NCBI GenBank assembly: GCA_943355005.1
Contig: CALRDV010000004.1
Location: 7,898-71,897 of the forward strand
Direction of reading: 5' to 3'
DNA from: Patescibacteria group bacterium
Lineage (GTDB): Bacteria; Patescibacteriota; Microgenomatia; UBA1400; MFAQ01
Length of the DNA stretch: 64,000 nucleotides
In this document: positions 9,256-19,290 of the stretch, piece after piece
Layout of the letters: every line of letters starts with the position of its first letter
Position numbering within the stretch: position 1 is the first letter of the stretch
Notes under the pieces: model-generated
The model's input: the letters and a program-made list of their open reading frames with translations, nothing else
What the model was told of the DNA's origin: nothing
Database searches by the model: none
Position numbers and translations under genes: made by a program

Positions 9256-9380
9256 ATTTTTTGGTTGTAATTTAATAATATGAAATATCAAGCGTACTGT
9301 CAAATTGTATTTATCACGACCTCACCATCCTAATATTTAGAAAAATTTTTACAACTACTCGATATTTTTATGAAAAGTGT

Positions 9381-9932
9381 TTAGTTGTCCTCTGCAGGAA
9401 TGGATGGCATTGCCGGAATGGATGGCAAGCCCTTCATCATTTCACCAAGATCGGTGAATTTGACATCAGCAGGTGGAACAAATTCGGAGTCTTGAATAAT
9501 CCTAGTAGAACAGTCGACTTTGTATTTGGTTTCATCTTCAAAACCAGTGGCTTGGTCAGCGGGATTAACCGACTCAGGAATATTTCCGGTCACGGAAGGA
9601 GTTGGTGTTTCGGCGGCAACTTTTGTTTTTATACCGGTTTTGGTTCCTTCGTCCCACATATATGTATAGATATTGTCGTTAATGACTGTGCCCTTTTTGC
9701 CTTCACCCAAGTCAGAGCCGACAATCTTCATCTTTTTTCCTGAAATGGTCATCTGAGTACTGGTACTGTCTGCCAAATTAGTAATTTTACAATCCGCTTG
9801 ACCACCCCGACTAATTATTTGGCCTAGCTTTTCTGCTTTTTGAGTATTGGTGCCTGTAATAGGTGCTGAAGGTGAAAGAGAGCATCCGGAAAGAACTAAT
9901 GCGATGGGAAGAATAAATACCAACTTGTTCAT
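9381..9932 (-). CDS. Putative lipoprotein
   Basis: N-terminal signal with lipobox LSGC (MNKLVFILPIALVLSGCS). 183 aa. Confidence 0.55.
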   Translation of the reverse strand: MNKLVFILPIALVLSGCSLSPSAPITGTNTQKAEKLGQIISRGGQADCKITNLADSTSTQMTISGKKMKIVGSDLGEGKKGTVINDNIYTYMWDEGTKTGIKTKVAAETPTPSVTGNIPESVNPADQATGFEDETKYKVDCSTRIIQDSEFVPPADVKFTDLGEMMKGLPSIPAMPSIPAEDN

Positions 9933-10068
9933 ACTTTTGTAAAAATTAATATAATTTCATTATAATCACGATGGACATTTTTCGCATCAACTGATACTAG
10001 CCCAAAGTAGTAGCACGCGGTTCTACTTTAGACTATAGTTAAATCAGTTAACAAACAAACGGTTAAAT

Positions 10069-11292
10069 ATGGCTAGTAAATCATCTAAGAGTTCAAGGTT
10101 ACGCATAATTGCCGACTTTAAGTTTGTTTCCGGATTGATAGTAGTTTTCTTTCTAATGATTGGAATTTTTACGGCACTTAGAATAAACTCAGGATCTCTT
10201 GATGTTTCAACTATGGCTGCCACAAAGGGGGCTCAATGTTCGTCTGGACAAAAAACTTGTCAGACGGATGCTAATGGTGTAAATACCGGGTATCAATGTG
10301 TATGTAATTCTCTTGGGTCCTGGACTTGTACAACCAAAACTAGTTCATGTGCGCCTTCGTCCGGTGGTACTACCTCCACGGTAACCTGTACCGCCATAAA
10401 TGGAACAAAATACTCAAGTGGACAGGGGGTATGTACAACTTTGAACGGTCAAAGAAATGGAAATTATTGTACATGCATAGATGCTGGTGGTGTGGGGGCA
10501 ACCTGCACAGCTGGAAAAACTTGTGATACCGGTACTTGGAGATGTGTGGTTAATGGGACGAGATGCCCAATCGAAGTTTCAGACGTTAGAGTTATTGCTT
10601 CCGGCTCATCCACTAATTGTTCAGGAGCTAATTCGGTAAACCCAAATACAGGGTCACTTACTGCTCCCATAGGGGCATCTATATATCAATATTTCTGTCC
10701 CACAAAAACTCTGGCAGAAGCTACCAGTGGAGGATGCCAAGAAAATGGTGTAAAGGTGGCTGGAAATACTGCGACCTTTACCTCAAGATGCGGTGCCCAA
10801 CAAATAGACGTGGTTTCTAGTGCAGGTACTTGTTTTTACAGTACCTATATTCCTTGTACAACAACAGTTCCAACAAGGCCGCCTATCACAATTACACCAA
10901 CACGAATTATTCCTTCTTTTACACCCACAGTAACTTCCACATATACCCCATCGCCAACTAGGACACCGACACCTACTCCTACGACACCTACGCGGACACC
11001 TACACCGACTCCGATGCTGGTCTGCGAAGCAATGAGAGCTTACAGAGACGGAGAAGACATTACAAATAAATTAAACTTGATAAAAATGGGCAATAAGGTT
11101 GTTTTTAAGGGTTTTGCATCAAACACCCAAACTGTTAAGTCTATGACATTTCAAGTCACTGTTGACGGGGCAATTAAGGCTAAGGAAATTGCTCCTGTAG
11201 TTCTAGCGAGAAATATCTGGGTAGCTTCATTCAACTACCACTTCAATAGTTACGGTAACCACGTTGTCAAAATTATTTCCATAAATAAATAA
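10069..11292 (+). CDS. Cys-rich secreted protein with PT-repeat linker
   Basis: N-terminal TM anchor, more than 25 Cys in the ectodomain, and a TPTRTPTPTPTTPTRTPTPTP linker. 407 aa. Confidence 0.5.
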   Translation: MASKSSKSSRLRIIADFKFVSGLIVVFFLMIGIFTALRINSGSLDVSTMAATKGAQCSSGQKTCQTDANGVNTGYQCVCNSLGSWTCTTKTSSCAPSSGGTTSTVTCTAINGTKYSSGQGVCTTLNGQRNGNYCTCIDAGGVGATCTAGKTCDTGTWRCVVNGTRCPIEVSDVRVIASGSSTNCSGANSVNPNTGSLTAPIGASIYQYFCPTKTLAEATSGGCQENGVKVAGNTATFTSRCGAQQIDVVSSAGTCFYSTYIPCTTTVPTRPPITITPTRIIPSFTPTVTSTYTPSPTRTPTPTPTTPTRTPTPTPMLVCEAMRAYRDGEDITNKLNLIKMGNKVVFKGFASNTQTVKSMTFQVTVDGAIKAKEIAPVVLARNIWVASFNYHFNSYGNHVVKIISINK

Positions 11293-11294
11293 CT

Positions 11295-12629
11295 ATGAAG
11301 AATAAAGCCATATTTTCAATAATTGGGATAGTTGTAGTCGTTGGCCTATTAGCAGCCGTAGGACTGGCATTGGGAAAGAAAGACAATACCGAATCAAGAG
11401 TAAAGGCATCTCCGGTTTGCGAGTTGGCAATTAATTTAACTCCCAAAACTACTCTCACCCCTTCAAAAACTCCAACTCCTACAAAGACTCCGACACCCAC
11501 ACCTGGTAAATGTGCTGTATCCTTTGATCTGCCAGACACTGCCATCTGTGTGAAAGACCCGGTGACTGGAATGCCTGCCACATTTACTGTTCACTCACTT
11601 CCTTCTACCGGAGGACCTTTCTTCGTCCAGACTGATTGGTATATCGTGCTACCAAAACTTGGGCCTCATCATTATGTGTGGACAGAACCAGCAATCGTTG
11701 GTAAAACCTACACCATATACGGTGATTGGCCAGGAATTCCAAACTTTCCAAATTACAATGGCACAGTTGAAAACCACTATGGTGTGAATATAGTCGACAA
11801 TAATGGTACGCCTGTATCGCCAAATTGTACTGGAGGCTTGGACTTCTATTGGACACCATACGTCAACTGTCCGGAACAAACTCCTACACCAAGTACTACC
11901 AGCTGCACAAACTGGGGCATAGACGAGAAGAGTGGTACAGGATCTAAAGTTGTTAAAATTAGCCAGGACTTATCCACAGTTACATTGGCAAAAAATTATC
12001 TATGTAGTTCAGGCTTCTGTGAAATTGAAAGTATGGATTACGACCCAAGCAGAAAAACTTTATTTGTAGTCCCGAATGTGGCCCCCACCAGAGGACTTTA
12101 TTCCGTAAATACCAGTAAAAATGATAATATCGCCGATGGGACTCTTACACTTTTTAAAGCATTTAATCCGGCTTTTCAGGTTAACGGACTCTCATTTAAG
12201 AAAAGTGATTCGTCTAAGGTGTGGCTGTGGAGAAACGGTCACGGTCTTTACACAATGGACCTAAGTACCGGTGCAACAACCTTGGATTACGCCTCAGAAA
12301 ATAATGTCGAGAGCATCGAGTGGGACAATCAGAGCCGATATCTGTATATTTCTGGCTCGTCCAAAACAAATGACTATAAAGTATCCGAATTTTGGAAATA
12401 TGATCCAATGTCCAATACCAATAAAATAACGTCATTACCCAACTTGCCAGGGGTGACACATTCGATGGACTTTGCCCCCGCCGACTACTTAAATGGGAGT
12501 CTAATTGGCTATAATGAGAGCCCCGGTAAGAACTTTTACACCTACGACTTGATAAACAATAAAGTCATTATGAACTATCCAAATGTAGGAATTAATGGTG
12601 ATGCTTTTGCAGCTTGCATCCCTGACTAA
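11295..12629 (+). CDS. Secreted protein with PT linker (hypothetical)
   Basis: TM anchor, a TPSKTPTPTKTPTPTPG linker and a large extracytoplasmic domain. It starts 2 nt after the previous gene. Confidence 0.5.
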   Translation: MKNKAIFSIIGIVVVVGLLAAVGLALGKKDNTESRVKASPVCELAINLTPKTTLTPSKTPTPTKTPTPTPGKCAVSFDLPDTAICVKDPVTGMPATFTVHSLPSTGGPFFVQTDWYIVLPKLGPHHYVWTEPAIVGKTYTIYGDWPGIPNFPNYNGTVENHYGVNIVDNNGTPVSPNCTGGLDFYWTPYVNCPEQTPTPSTTSCTNWGIDEKSGTGSKVVKISQDLSTVTLAKNYLCSSGFCEIESMDYDPSRKTLFVVPNVAPTRGLYSVNTSKNDNIADGTLTLFKAFNPAFQVNGLSFKKSDSSKVWLWRNGHGLYTMDLSTGATTLDYASENNVESIEWDNQSRYLYISGSSKTNDYKVSEFWKYDPMSNTNKITSLPNLPGVTHSMDFAPADYLNGSLIGYNESPGKNFYTYDLINNKVIMNYPNVGINGDAFAACIPD

Positions 12630-12663
12630 CTAAGACACAAACAGGATCATAGTTTGATTAATA

Positions 12664-12688
12664 AAACCCTCCATTCCGGAGGGTTTTA
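12664..12688. terminator. Bidirectional hairpin terminator
   Basis: AAACCCTCC pairs with GGAGGGTTT across an ATTC loop. It sits between convergent genes. Confidence 0.5.
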
Positions 12689-12698
12689 TATATTGAAT

Positions 12699-14423
12699 TT
12701 ACTCCCCAAAGGTAAAGGCAAAAACCTGGATTCCTTTGTCATTGAACTGCAGTCTTAAGGTATGCCTCCCTGGACTACCTTGCAAATCAACTATTTCGTA
12801 CAGCCTCGCCTCATCAAGTATCAATTTACCATTATTGACATCTTTTCCTTGATTAGTTTTATCTACAGGTGCGCCATCGAGAAAGACATTTATAAGGTCA
12901 GCTTTCCCTTGTGGAGTGATTACCAGAAATACTTTTCCTGCATAAAAATTTAGATTTAACGCAGACTCTTTATCTGCCTCTCCATATTCTCCGGTAAGTA
13001 TCCAGCTTCCTTCGTAAGCAAATTGATTCTCGTTTATAATAGCCGGGATAGTGAAGATGTTCTCCCCTCTTTTAGGTCTTTCATTGGAGTCTAATGCTTG
13101 CAACCTATTTAGACCCAAATACAGCTCCGGTGTAAACCTAACTGTGGGTGTAGATTCAGGCATGCTGAGTACTTCCGTTGTCACCGGAGTACCATCTTCT
13201 GCAAGCAAGGATTGAATAGCTTTTTCGGTTTCCTCATACTTTCCTTCACCGTTATGCTGCATCCTAAGATGACCGTTTCTATCTATCAGGTATTTCGCAG
13301 GCCAATATACATTATTGAAACTATTCCATGTAGTAAATGAGTTGTCTTGAGCTACCGGATAATTGATACTAAACATTTTTATCGCTTTTTCGACATTTCC
13401 GGTCTTTTTTTCGAATTCGAATTCAGGAGTGTGAATACCAAGAACAACAAATCCTTGGTCTTTGTACTTTTCGTACCAACCGGTAACAAACGGAAGTGTC
13501 CTAATACAATTAATACAGGAGTAGGTCCAGAAATCGACGAGAATCACCTTTCCCTTTAGTGAAGAAATTGTTTGAGGTGAGCTGTTTAGCCAATTGGTAA
13601 TGCCCTTGATTTCAGGAGACTTTCCCATATCAGGCAGGAAGGACTTAGGTGTAGGTGGAGTAACTCCATCTCTGCCGCTTAGGCGATTTAATTCTTTTTG
13701 GACTTGATCAGATTGTTCGATTTTGTAAATAATATCCGTATAACCCGGGAACAAATTTAGTAATTTTACTTGAACTATGCGGTCATATCCTGACCATATT
13801 AGAAGTGCTGTAAAAATCATGATGGCTCCAAAAATTTGCTGAATAATCCCAGTGTAGGGCGACAAGCGACGGCTTTTGGCAAGTAAATTATTACCAAAGG
13901 TAGCAAATAAAAATAATGGGATACCCGTGCCAATCATGTAGACGATGGTTATGAGTATAACTTGCGAATTGACAGCTCTAGTGGCCGATAAGGCAGCTAT
14001 AGTAGCCAGAATTGGACCAGCACATGGAGCCCATACAACTCCGAGAGAGACACCTGTAAACAATCCACCCCAAAAACCGTTACCGGAATTTATCCGTCCA
14101 CCAAAAATATTATTTAGTCTTGAAGTGGCACCTTCTACAATGGCAGAAAGTTTGGGAACAATTAACACCATACCGAGAAAGGCAATAATGAGGACTGCAA
14201 CCAAACGAAGACTGTCCGGATCGAAATTAAATATTCTAACTAAATAAGAGAGACTTAAGGTAAGGAAGGAAAAACTTATTAGAATGCCCAGAGTTACCCC
14301 AAGTGGTTTACGATGACCACCACCAGATGAGGAAGACAGTACTATGGGAAGAATTGGCCAGATACAAGGAGCAAATATGGTGAATAGTCCGGAGAGAAAG
14401 GCTATGAGCAATAAAAGTAACAT
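12699..14423 (-). CDS. Thiol:disulfide interchange protein: CcdA/DsbD-type TM domain fused to TlpA-like thioredoxin domain plus C-terminal domain
   Basis: N-terminal membrane domain with an intramembrane Cys (FAPCIWPI). The periplasmic thioredoxin fold carries WTYSCINC (CxxC). A C-terminal domain of about 200 aa is unrecognised. Confidence 0.7.
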   Translation of the reverse strand: MLLLLLIAFLSGLFTIFAPCIWPILPIVLSSSSGGGHRKPLGVTLGILISFSFLTLSLSYLVRIFNFDPDSLRLVAVLIIAFLGMVLIVPKLSAIVEGATSRLNNIFGGRINSGNGFWGGLFTGVSLGVVWAPCAGPILATIAALSATRAVNSQVILITIVYMIGTGIPLFLFATFGNNLLAKSRRLSPYTGIIQQIFGAIMIFTALLIWSGYDRIVQVKLLNLFPGYTDIIYKIEQSDQVQKELNRLSGRDGVTPPTPKSFLPDMGKSPEIKGITNWLNSSPQTISSLKGKVILVDFWTYSCINCIRTLPFVTGWYEKYKDQGFVVLGIHTPEFEFEKKTGNVEKAIKMFSINYPVAQDNSFTTWNSFNNVYWPAKYLIDRNGHLRMQHNGEGKYEETEKAIQSLLAEDGTPVTTEVLSMPESTPTVRFTPELYLGLNRLQALDSNERPKRGENIFTIPAIINENQFAYEGSWILTGEYGEADKESALNLNFYAGKVFLVITPQGKADLINVFLDGAPVDKTNQGKDVNNGKLILDEARLYEIVDLQGSPGRHTLRLQFNDKGIQVFAFTFGE

Positions 14424-14468
14424 GTTTTCAGTATAGATTATCGCTACTTTTATTGTGACTTAGTGTAA

Positions 14469-15158
14469 GTGTATAATGAACACATGAGCAATAAATATGA
14501 CGTTACACAATACGACAGACCCTCTGTTTCCGTAGACGTACTCCTTTTCACCATCGAAGAGGGTGAGCTAAAGATACTTCTCATCAAGAGAAACGAGGAG
14601 CCGTTTTTGGGAACGTGGGCCTTGCCGGGTGGCTTTGTAAGGATAGAAGAATCTTTGGATGACGCCGCAAAAAGGGAACTTTTTGAGGAGAGCGGAGTCA
14701 AGAATATTTATTTGGAACAGCTATTTACTTTTGGCGCACCCAAGAGGGACCCGCGTACAAGGGTAATTACAGTTACTTACATGGCACTGGCAGGAAAGTC
14801 CGAGTGGAAGTTATCCTCCTCTGGTGACGCCCAAGATGCGGCTTTCTTCAAAGTTGATGGCCTGCCAAAACTAGCCTTTGACCATGCCGAGATTGTTAAA
14901 TATGGATTGGAACGATTAAGAAATAAACTCGGCTATACCAACATAGTTCTTGGTCTACTCCCCGGAGCATTCACTCTGACTGAGCTTCAGAAAGTCTACG
15001 AGATAATTTTGAAAACTAAAATCGATAAACGAAATTTCCGCAAAAAGATTTTATCTACCGGCTTAATATCTGCCTCAGGAAAGAAACTTGAAGGTATCGC
15101 TCATCGCCCGGCCATGCTTTACACTTTTAAGAACAAGAAGATTGTGATAACAGATTAG
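14469..15158 (+). CDS. NUDIX hydrolase (ADP-ribose pyrophosphatase-like), possibly NrtR-like with C-terminal extension
   Basis: Nudix box GTWALPGGFVRIEESLDDAAKRELFEESGV. About 90 additional C-terminal residues follow. Confidence 0.7.
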   Translation: MYNEHMSNKYDVTQYDRPSVSVDVLLFTIEEGELKILLIKRNEEPFLGTWALPGGFVRIEESLDDAAKRELFEESGVKNIYLEQLFTFGAPKRDPRTRVITVTYMALAGKSEWKLSSSGDAQDAAFFKVDGLPKLAFDHAEIVKYGLERLRNKLGYTNIVLGLLPGAFTLTELQKVYEIILKTKIDKRNFRKKILSTGLISASGKKLEGIAHRPAMLYTFKNKKIVITD

Positions 15159-15167
15159 GTGTAGTAT

Positions 15168-15698
15168 TTAGCGGGTGAACTGTCTCTCTTTTCGAAGAAT
15201 CTTCTTGGGTCCTTTTTTGACCTTTTTGACCTTGACTGCTTCGACTTTAGGGGCGTTCTTGACTTTGGTAGGAGCTTCCGGTCTAACTTTTTCTTCTTTG
15301 ACTGCCGGGGTAGCGCCCTCCTCGAGCTCTTCGACAGGAACTTCAATCATGGCTTTTAGACCCTTTTTGACGAAGACATCCTTAATCTTGGTAGCTTTTT
15401 TGCCCAGAAGATCTCTGAGGTAGTAAAGTTTGGCTCGACGAACCTTGCCTTTTTTCACTATTTCGATGCCTGTGATGGTAGGAGTGTTGATAGGAAGAAT
15501 CTTTTCTACACCAACGCCTCCGGTGGCAATTTTACGAACGATGAAGTTTTTACCTTCACCATCGCCACGAATTGCGATTACAATGCCTTGGAAGATTTGA
15601 TTTCTGGACTTTTCGCCTTCTTTGACGGCCAAAGACACCTTTATTGTGTCGCCGACGCCGAATTCGATTTTATCCGCCCATTTGATTTGATTTGCCAT
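15168..15698 (-). CDS. rplS: 50S ribosomal protein L19 with Lys-rich C-terminal extension
   Basis: MANQIKWADKIEFGVGDTIKV...RAKLYYLRDL is the L19 core. The start ATG at 15698 is 10 nt after the dnaE stop. The upstream part of the ORF-track frame is not coding. Confidence 0.8.
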   Translation of the reverse strand: MANQIKWADKIEFGVGDTIKVSLAVKEGEKSRNQIFQGIVIAIRGDGEGKNFIVRKIATGGVGVEKILPINTPTITGIEIVKKGKVRRAKLYYLRDLLGKKATKIKDVFVKKGLKAMIEVPVEELEEGATPAVKEEKVRPEAPTKVKNAPKVEAVKVKKVKKGPKKILRKERQFTR

Positions 15699-15708
15699 GA
15701 CCTTGATT

Positions 15709-18700
15709 TTACCAGGCGTGAAGGGTTTTTTCCACCTGCTTCTCGAGCTCAGAAGTGAAATCCACCTTATAAGGTAGGGTAATTTTCTTGAGATTGTTGC
15801 CGGATTCGATGGCCACCACGATTTCGTGATCACCCGGACGGGATTTGAGCAGGTCGCTGACCTGCTGCATTACTTCCTTGGGTGTTCCGGACTTGATGAA
15901 GATCTCGTGGACCATGTCCCGAGGCGTCTTCTTGGTATCTATCAGTATGCCTGAATCCACGACAATTTGAAGCTTATCCTCCCGGTTATCCACCTTTCCC
16001 TTAACAATTAGAGGAGAGTCTTCCTTCCACAAATCAGGATTTTCAGCGTAGAGCTTGGGGAAAACAATACAGTCTATGGAGCCGGTGTCGTCTGAGAGAG
16101 TTACAAAAGCCATCTTGGAATTGTTTTTCTTGGTAAAAACGAGCTTTTCTCTGGTAATTATACCTCCAAGAGTGACCGCTTGATTTAAATGTAAAGATGC
16201 TTCTAGGTTGTAAATTTTATGGGATACTAAATCGGATACAATACGGACAATTTTCTTAACCGGATTATCAGATAGGTAAAAGCCCAGCAAATCTTTCTCA
16301 AGTTTCAGTTTGTCTTCCAATATCATTTCAGGAATATTCGGTAAATTATCAGTAATATCATTACTATCCTCGGCGGCGAACAAGCCCACTTGATTTTGGC
16401 CTTTGCCTTTCTGGATTTTCACAAAATTATCTCGAATGACTGGTAGGGCCGCCAAAAGCTGAGCACGGTTGCCAAAGCGATCGAGGGCACCAACTTTAAT
16501 AAGCGATTCAGCAACTCTTTTATTTACCTTGGATAAATCTACCCTGTGCATAAAATCGGTAAAACTGGCGAATAGTTTTCCGGATTCACGGGCTGCCAAT
16601 ATGGCGGTAATTGCAGAGCCTCCAACATTCTTGATGGCGGATAACCCAAAGCGAATTGCTTTGCCTGTCCCCCTAGCTCGCCCTTCCGGTAGCCAATCGG
16701 TTTCCGGCAAATCCACTACAGTAAAATCTGTCAGAGATTCGTTTACATCCGGTGCCAGAACTTTTATACCAAGTTTTTCACATTCGGTAATAGCCATTAC
16801 TACTTTATCCGTATCTAACGCTTCGACTGACATTAGCGCAGTCATATATTCCACTGGATAGTGCGCTTTGACATAGGCAGTCCAGTAAGCCACAATTCCG
16901 TACGAAGCGGCGTGAGCTTTATTAAAGCCGTAGGCAGCGAAGGTTTGAATTTGAGAAAATAATTCTTCGGCTTTCTCTCTTGGTATATCCGATTTACTAA
17001 TGCAGCCTTCTACAAATTTAGAATGCTGGGCCTCCATCTCGGCGACAATTTTTTTACCAATGGCTTTTCTAAATTTGTCTGCCTCTTCCCAGTTGTACCC
17101 CGCCAGCTGGATGGCCATAAACAGAACATCGTCCTGATAAGTGATGATGCCATACGATTGATCGAGAATTTTTTCCAATCCGGGTACAAAATAGGAAATT
17201 TTTTCCGGATCTCTTTTCCTAGCAATGTATTCCGGAATACTACCCATAGGACCGGGGCGGTAAAGTGCCACCATTGCCATGACATCTTCGATTCTTTCCG
17301 GTTTTAGATCCATCAAGTACTTGGTCATACCTCCTCCGGCTAGTTGAAATACACCAAATGTTTCTCCGCGAGCCAGCATCTCAAAAGTTTCTTTATCGTC
17401 CAAGGGTAATTTTTTGATGTTTATTTTTATGTCCGGATGGAGAAGTTCGACTAGTTTTACGGCGTTGGCCAAAATAGTGAGATTTGCGATGCCAAGAATA
17501 TCCAGCTTGATCATTCCTACATCTTCAGCGGCGTGCATTTCATACTGAGTGATTACTCGGTCTCCCCCACCTGTTTCGTTTTGGAGAGGAGTGAATTTGA
17601 CAAGATCATCAGGACCTACAATGACAGCGGCGGCGTGGACAGAAATATGACGGGCGTTTCCTTCAACTTTTTGAGCTAGGTTTAATAGTTTTTTTACTTC
17701 CGGGTCCTCATCCCTCATCTTTACAAGTTCCGGTGTACTTTCAAGAGCTTTTTTCAAAGTCATGGGGAAACCTTGACTACCCTCCGGTATTGTTTTGGAA
17801 ATCTTATCTACTTTGGAATATGCCATACCCATCACCCTTCCGATATCACGAACAGCAGCTCTAGCCTTCATGGTACCAAAAGTACAAATCTGACCAACTT
17901 TTTCGTGACCATATGTATCCGCCAAATATTTGATTAAGGCGTCTCGATGAATGTCGGCCACATCCAAATCGATATCGGGGGGTGAAGGTCGGAATGGATT
18001 TAAAAATCGCTCAAAAGGTAGACGAAAATACAAAGGATCAACAGTGGTTATACCCATACAATAAGAAACAAAGGAACCGGCTGCCGAACCTCTAGTATTA
18101 GTATAGATTCCAACTTCGTTGGCATAGTTTACAATTCCTGACTCGAGTAAAAAGTACGGCGAATAACCTTTCTTTTCGATAATGTCGAGCTCGTAGAGAA
18201 GTCTTTCTTCTTGCTCTGGAGTGACACTGCCAAAAATATCGCGACAGCCTTGAAATGATCTCTCTTTGAGGACTTCCCCTGCTGTCTTACCTGCAGGCAA
18301 ATCTAATTTTGGGAAATACCATTCACCCAGCTTGATATTGACATCGCAGCGGTCTGCAATGGTTTGAGTATTATCTATTGCTTCCGGTAAATCAGAAAAC
18401 TCGGCAGCCATTTCATCCGGGCTTTTGAGATAAAAATCCGGAGTGTCAATGTAACGCATTCTATTGATATCCTCTATGGTTTTGCCTGTTTGGACACAGA
18501 CCAGGGCATCCTGAGCGGCGGCATCTTCTTGATTTATATAGTGGGAATCGTTGGTGGCGATTAGGGGTAGGCCCAGTTCTCTAGAAAGCTTGATGAGACC
18601 TTCTTCTGCTTTTACCTCGTTCTGGTGAAAGTCTAAAAGCTTCGGTTTAATTTCTGAAGGAACATTGGGGTTTAAGGCATATTTATCATAGTGGTGTCGC

Positions 18701-19218
18701 TGAAGTTCGATAAAAATGTTTTTGGAGCCAAAGATTTGCTCGTACTCGACCAATTCTTTCTTGGCGGCATCGTAACCTTCCTCAATTAAAAGTTTTTGAA
18801 TTCTACCGGCTGGACAGCCTGTGGTAGCGATGAGCCCTTTGGAATATTTGGCCAGAATCTCTTTGTCGACACGAGGTTTGTAATAAAATCCCTCCGTCTG
18901 ACCGAGAGTGACGATTTTTAGTAAATTTTGATAGCCCTCGTAATCCTCAGCCAAAAGAACCATGTGGTTCGCGTCGGACTTATTTTTATCCAGATGGGAA
19001 CCCTTGGCTAAATAAATCTCACAGCCAATAATAGGCTTAATTTCGTCCTTAAGAGCTTTCTTGTAAAATTCAATGGCACCATACATGGAGCCGTGATCGG
19101 TAATGGCGACGTGGGTCTGGCCAAATTCTTTGGTCTTGGCGACGAGTTTGCTAATTTTGCTTAGCCCATCCAATAGAGAGAATTCGGTGTGAACATGGAG
19201 GTGGGTAAACTTTGGCAT
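15709..19218 (-). CDS. dnaE: DNA polymerase III alpha subunit
   Basis: 1169 aa. N-terminal PHP domain HLHVHTEFSLLDG, followed by the polymerase core and an OB-fold C-terminus. Confidence 0.95.
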   Translation of the reverse strand: MPKFTHLHVHTEFSLLDGLSKISKLVAKTKEFGQTHVAITDHGSMYGAIEFYKKALKDEIKPIIGCEIYLAKGSHLDKNKSDANHMVLLAEDYEGYQNLLKIVTLGQTEGFYYKPRVDKEILAKYSKGLIATTGCPAGRIQKLLIEEGYDAAKKELVEYEQIFGSKNIFIELQRHHYDKYALNPNVPSEIKPKLLDFHQNEVKAEEGLIKLSRELGLPLIATNDSHYINQEDAAAQDALVCVQTGKTIEDINRMRYIDTPDFYLKSPDEMAAEFSDLPEAIDNTQTIADRCDVNIKLGEWYFPKLDLPAGKTAGEVLKERSFQGCRDIFGSVTPEQEERLLYELDIIEKKGYSPYFLLESGIVNYANEVGIYTNTRGSAAGSFVSYCMGITTVDPLYFRLPFERFLNPFRPSPPDIDLDVADIHRDALIKYLADTYGHEKVGQICTFGTMKARAAVRDIGRVMGMAYSKVDKISKTIPEGSQGFPMTLKKALESTPELVKMRDEDPEVKKLLNLAQKVEGNARHISVHAAAVIVGPDDLVKFTPLQNETGGGDRVITQYEMHAAEDVGMIKLDILGIANLTILANAVKLVELLHPDIKINIKKLPLDDKETFEMLARGETFGVFQLAGGGMTKYLMDLKPERIEDVMAMVALYRPGPMGSIPEYIARKRDPEKISYFVPGLEKILDQSYGIITYQDDVLFMAIQLAGYNWEEADKFRKAIGKKIVAEMEAQHSKFVEGCISKSDIPREKAEELFSQIQTFAAYGFNKAHAASYGIVAYWTAYVKAHYPVEYMTALMSVEALDTDKVVMAITECEKLGIKVLAPDVNESLTDFTVVDLPETDWLPEGRARGTGKAIRFGLSAIKNVGGSAITAILAARESGKLFASFTDFMHRVDLSKVNKRVAESLIKVGALDRFGNRAQLLAALPVIRDNFVKIQKGKGQNQVGLFAAEDSNDITDNLPNIPEMILEDKLKLEKDLLGFYLSDNPVKKIVRIVSDLVSHKIYNLEASLHLNQAVTLGGIITREKLVFTKKNNSKMAFVTLSDDTGSIDCIVFPKLYAENPDLWKEDSPLIVKGKVDNREDKLQIVVDSGILIDTKKTPRDMVHEIFIKSGTPKEVMQQVSDLLKSRPGDHEIVVAIESGNNLKKITLPYKVDFTSELEKQVEKTLHAW

Positions 19219-19262
19219 AACTGTTTTATCTTAGAGTAGAACTGTCATTATGTCATTACTAA

Positions 19263-19287
19263 AATGTCCCGGGTTAACCGGGACATT
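19263..19287. promoter_or_regulatory. Perfect 10-bp stem hairpin
   Basis: AATGTCCCGG pairs with CCGGGACATT across a 5-nt loop. It lies between the 132-aa gene and the dnaE start, and is a likely terminator or operator. Confidence 0.4.
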
Positions 19288-19290
19288 ATT

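Noticed and set aside
15155-15423. Small ORFs (63 and 82 aa) over the rplS 3' region
   Set aside because: They overlap the Lys-rich L19 tail in other frames. The low-complexity sequence generates spurious ORFs.
16469-17307. ORFs antisense to dnaE (130, 91 and 94 aa)
   Set aside because: They lie within a 1169-aa conserved gene. They have no RBS and an amino-acid composition typical of antisense reading.
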